Virus record (IMG/VR): IMGVR_UViG_3300021964_007473
Span: 1 to 58,919 of that record
Source of the DNA: a virus
Taxonomy: Duplodnaviria; Caudoviricetes
DNA: 58,919 nucleotides
Strand: one strand, 5' to 3'
Made by a program: the position numbers and the translations under genes. This document shows, piece by piece, positions 57,692 through 58,919 of this stretch (position 1 is the first letter of the stretch; every line of letters begins with the position of its first letter). The notes under the pieces are model-generated. The model was not told where the DNA came from. It worked only from the letters and a program-made list of their open reading frames with translations, and searched no databases.

Positions 57692-58919
57692 TGACAGGCA
57701 ACCCACTTTCAGGGCACACAAAGGCCAATTTGACGCTGACCGGTACGGCTACTGCCGTTGACGGGCTGACGGACGGGGACCATATCCTCAGTCCGACCAT
57801 GACAAACTACCTTGAAGGAATCCACGGCAACGGGATTCTGCTTGAAGAGGACACCGCGTACGGTGATAGCGACCGTGACGTGCCTGAGAACCTGCCCGGT
57901 ACGTGCGACCAAGTGACCAACACGTACACGTTCCGCGTTTCGGGCGGTACGGCTATCCTTGACGGTGTACTGTACTCGTTCGCAGGCGGTCACTCCGGCA
58001 GCATTGACGTGCCTATCACCACGACAAGCGTACACAAGACAGGCTCGCCTACGGCCCTCACAACGGGTCAGGAAGCCCTCGTTGTGGTGTACGTCTCATC
58101 AGACGGTGGTACGCCTGACAACGTGTATTGGGAGATGGGTACGCCCGTCACCACGGCAAGCAACACTTACCCCACCTCACCGTCTGCGTTCCTGAATGCA
58201 CCCGGCTCGCTGACGAACAAGAACACCTGCGTTCTTGCTACGCTGCGCGTCGTGTACAACGGCGCAGGTGGCGACCTGAAGATGGAGATTGAGGAATGCA
58301 ACGACAAGCGTGTGTTCGCTCGCCCGTCACCAATTTATTTCACTCCTGTTACAAGTGGTTCGGTGGGCGGAACAAACGCCATCACCGACATTGACACGGT
58401 ACACTCCGGCGACGAAGCGGGTGACTTGGCAGGTAGCCGCATGGGTGCGCTATGGCAGTCATACAACGCTGACGGCGATTCACTCCTATACTACTCAGCC
58501 AAGGATAGCGGCGGTACGCGCCATACGCATGTGCTTGGGCCATCGGGCATCAAGTCCCTGACGCCAAGCACCACCACGACGTTCACGTTCAATGAGAGTA
58601 ATGTATTCGTCATCACGCCCACGGCTGCGCATCAGTTCAACCCGACCGGCACGTTCCCTGCGGGCCACACGGTCTTCGTGAGCAACCACGCAGCCCACGG
58701 CACCAACTCCATCACCTTTGACAACGGTGGGCTTGGTGCGGTGTTGGACGGCAAGGAGGCCGGTGTCTTCGTGTACGACGGCACCAATTGGCAAAGCGTC
58801 ATCTTCGCAAGCGGTGCTGTGTCGCCCAACGCACACGGCGGCTCAGGCTACGTGCAGTTGTCTGACGGTGTAGGTGGCTTCACAAGCGATGCTGACCTTG
58901 TGTGGGACGCTGCGGGTGG
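57691..58919 (+). CDS. Tail fibre-like protein (3'-truncated; absent from ORF track)
   Basis: MTGNPLSGHTKANL... is open to the window end and Thr/Gly-rich. It ends GSGYVQLSDGVGGFTSDADLVWD, a fibre-type motif. Confidence 0.75.
   Translation, partial: MTGNPLSGHTKANLTLTGTATAVDGLTDGDHILSPTMTNYLEGIHGNGILLEEDTAYGDSDRDVPENLPGTCDQVTNTYTFRVSGGTAILDGVLYSFAGGHSGSIDVPITTTSVHKTGSPTALTTGQEALVVVYVSSDGGTPDNVYWEMGTPVTTASNTYPTSPSAFLNAPGSLTNKNTCVLATLRVVYNGAGGDLKMEIEECNDKRVFARPSPIYFTPVTSGSVGGTNAITDIDTVHSGDEAGDLAGSRMGALWQSYNADGDSLLYYSAKDSGGTRHTHVLGPSGIKSLTPSTTTTFTFNESNVFVITPTAAHQFNPTGTFPAGHTVFVSNHAAHGTNSITFDNGGLGAVLDGKEAGVFVYDGTNWQSVIFASGAVSPNAHGGSGYVQLSDGVGGFTSDADLVWDAAG

Noticed and set aside
37385-58919. Diversity-generating retroelement acting on tail proteins
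   Set aside because: No reverse transcriptase and no template/variable repeat pair seen in this window.

Overview
This window is almost entirely a single-strand (+), tightly packed virion-morphogenesis region of a large tailed dsDNA virus (HK97 fold). It carries terminase, portal, prohead protease/scaffold, major capsid protein, head-tail adaptor, tail tube, tail chaperones, a short tape measure, a 5529-aa giant virion protein and tail/baseplate genes. GAGGTGA-type ribosome-binding sites, TATA-like promoters, an archaeal-type AbrB and the gene order point to an archaeal host. By inference the best fit is a 'magrovirus' of Marine Group II Poseidoniales. The most striking unexplained signal is a short peptide tag, P-[MF]-[DE]-x-A-W-x(1-4)-L-L-K, found at the ends or domain boundaries of about nine otherwise unrelated proteins. 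It ends in the same hydrophobic-x-K|(S/A/G) pattern seen in the capsid and scaffold. I interpret it as a capsid-targeting/maturation tag that loads swappable, often AT-richer cargo domains, two of them ADP-ribosyltransferase-like, into the head. Other notable items are a ~160-bp in-register dyad (candidate origin or packaging site), a membrane operon with an Arf/Rab-like GTPase, a seemingly dead DNA-ligase fold on a 1.9k-aa protein, an HMG-CoA lyase, and strong avoidance of CCAG/CTGG, GATC and AGCT. All calls were made by eye, without database searches.
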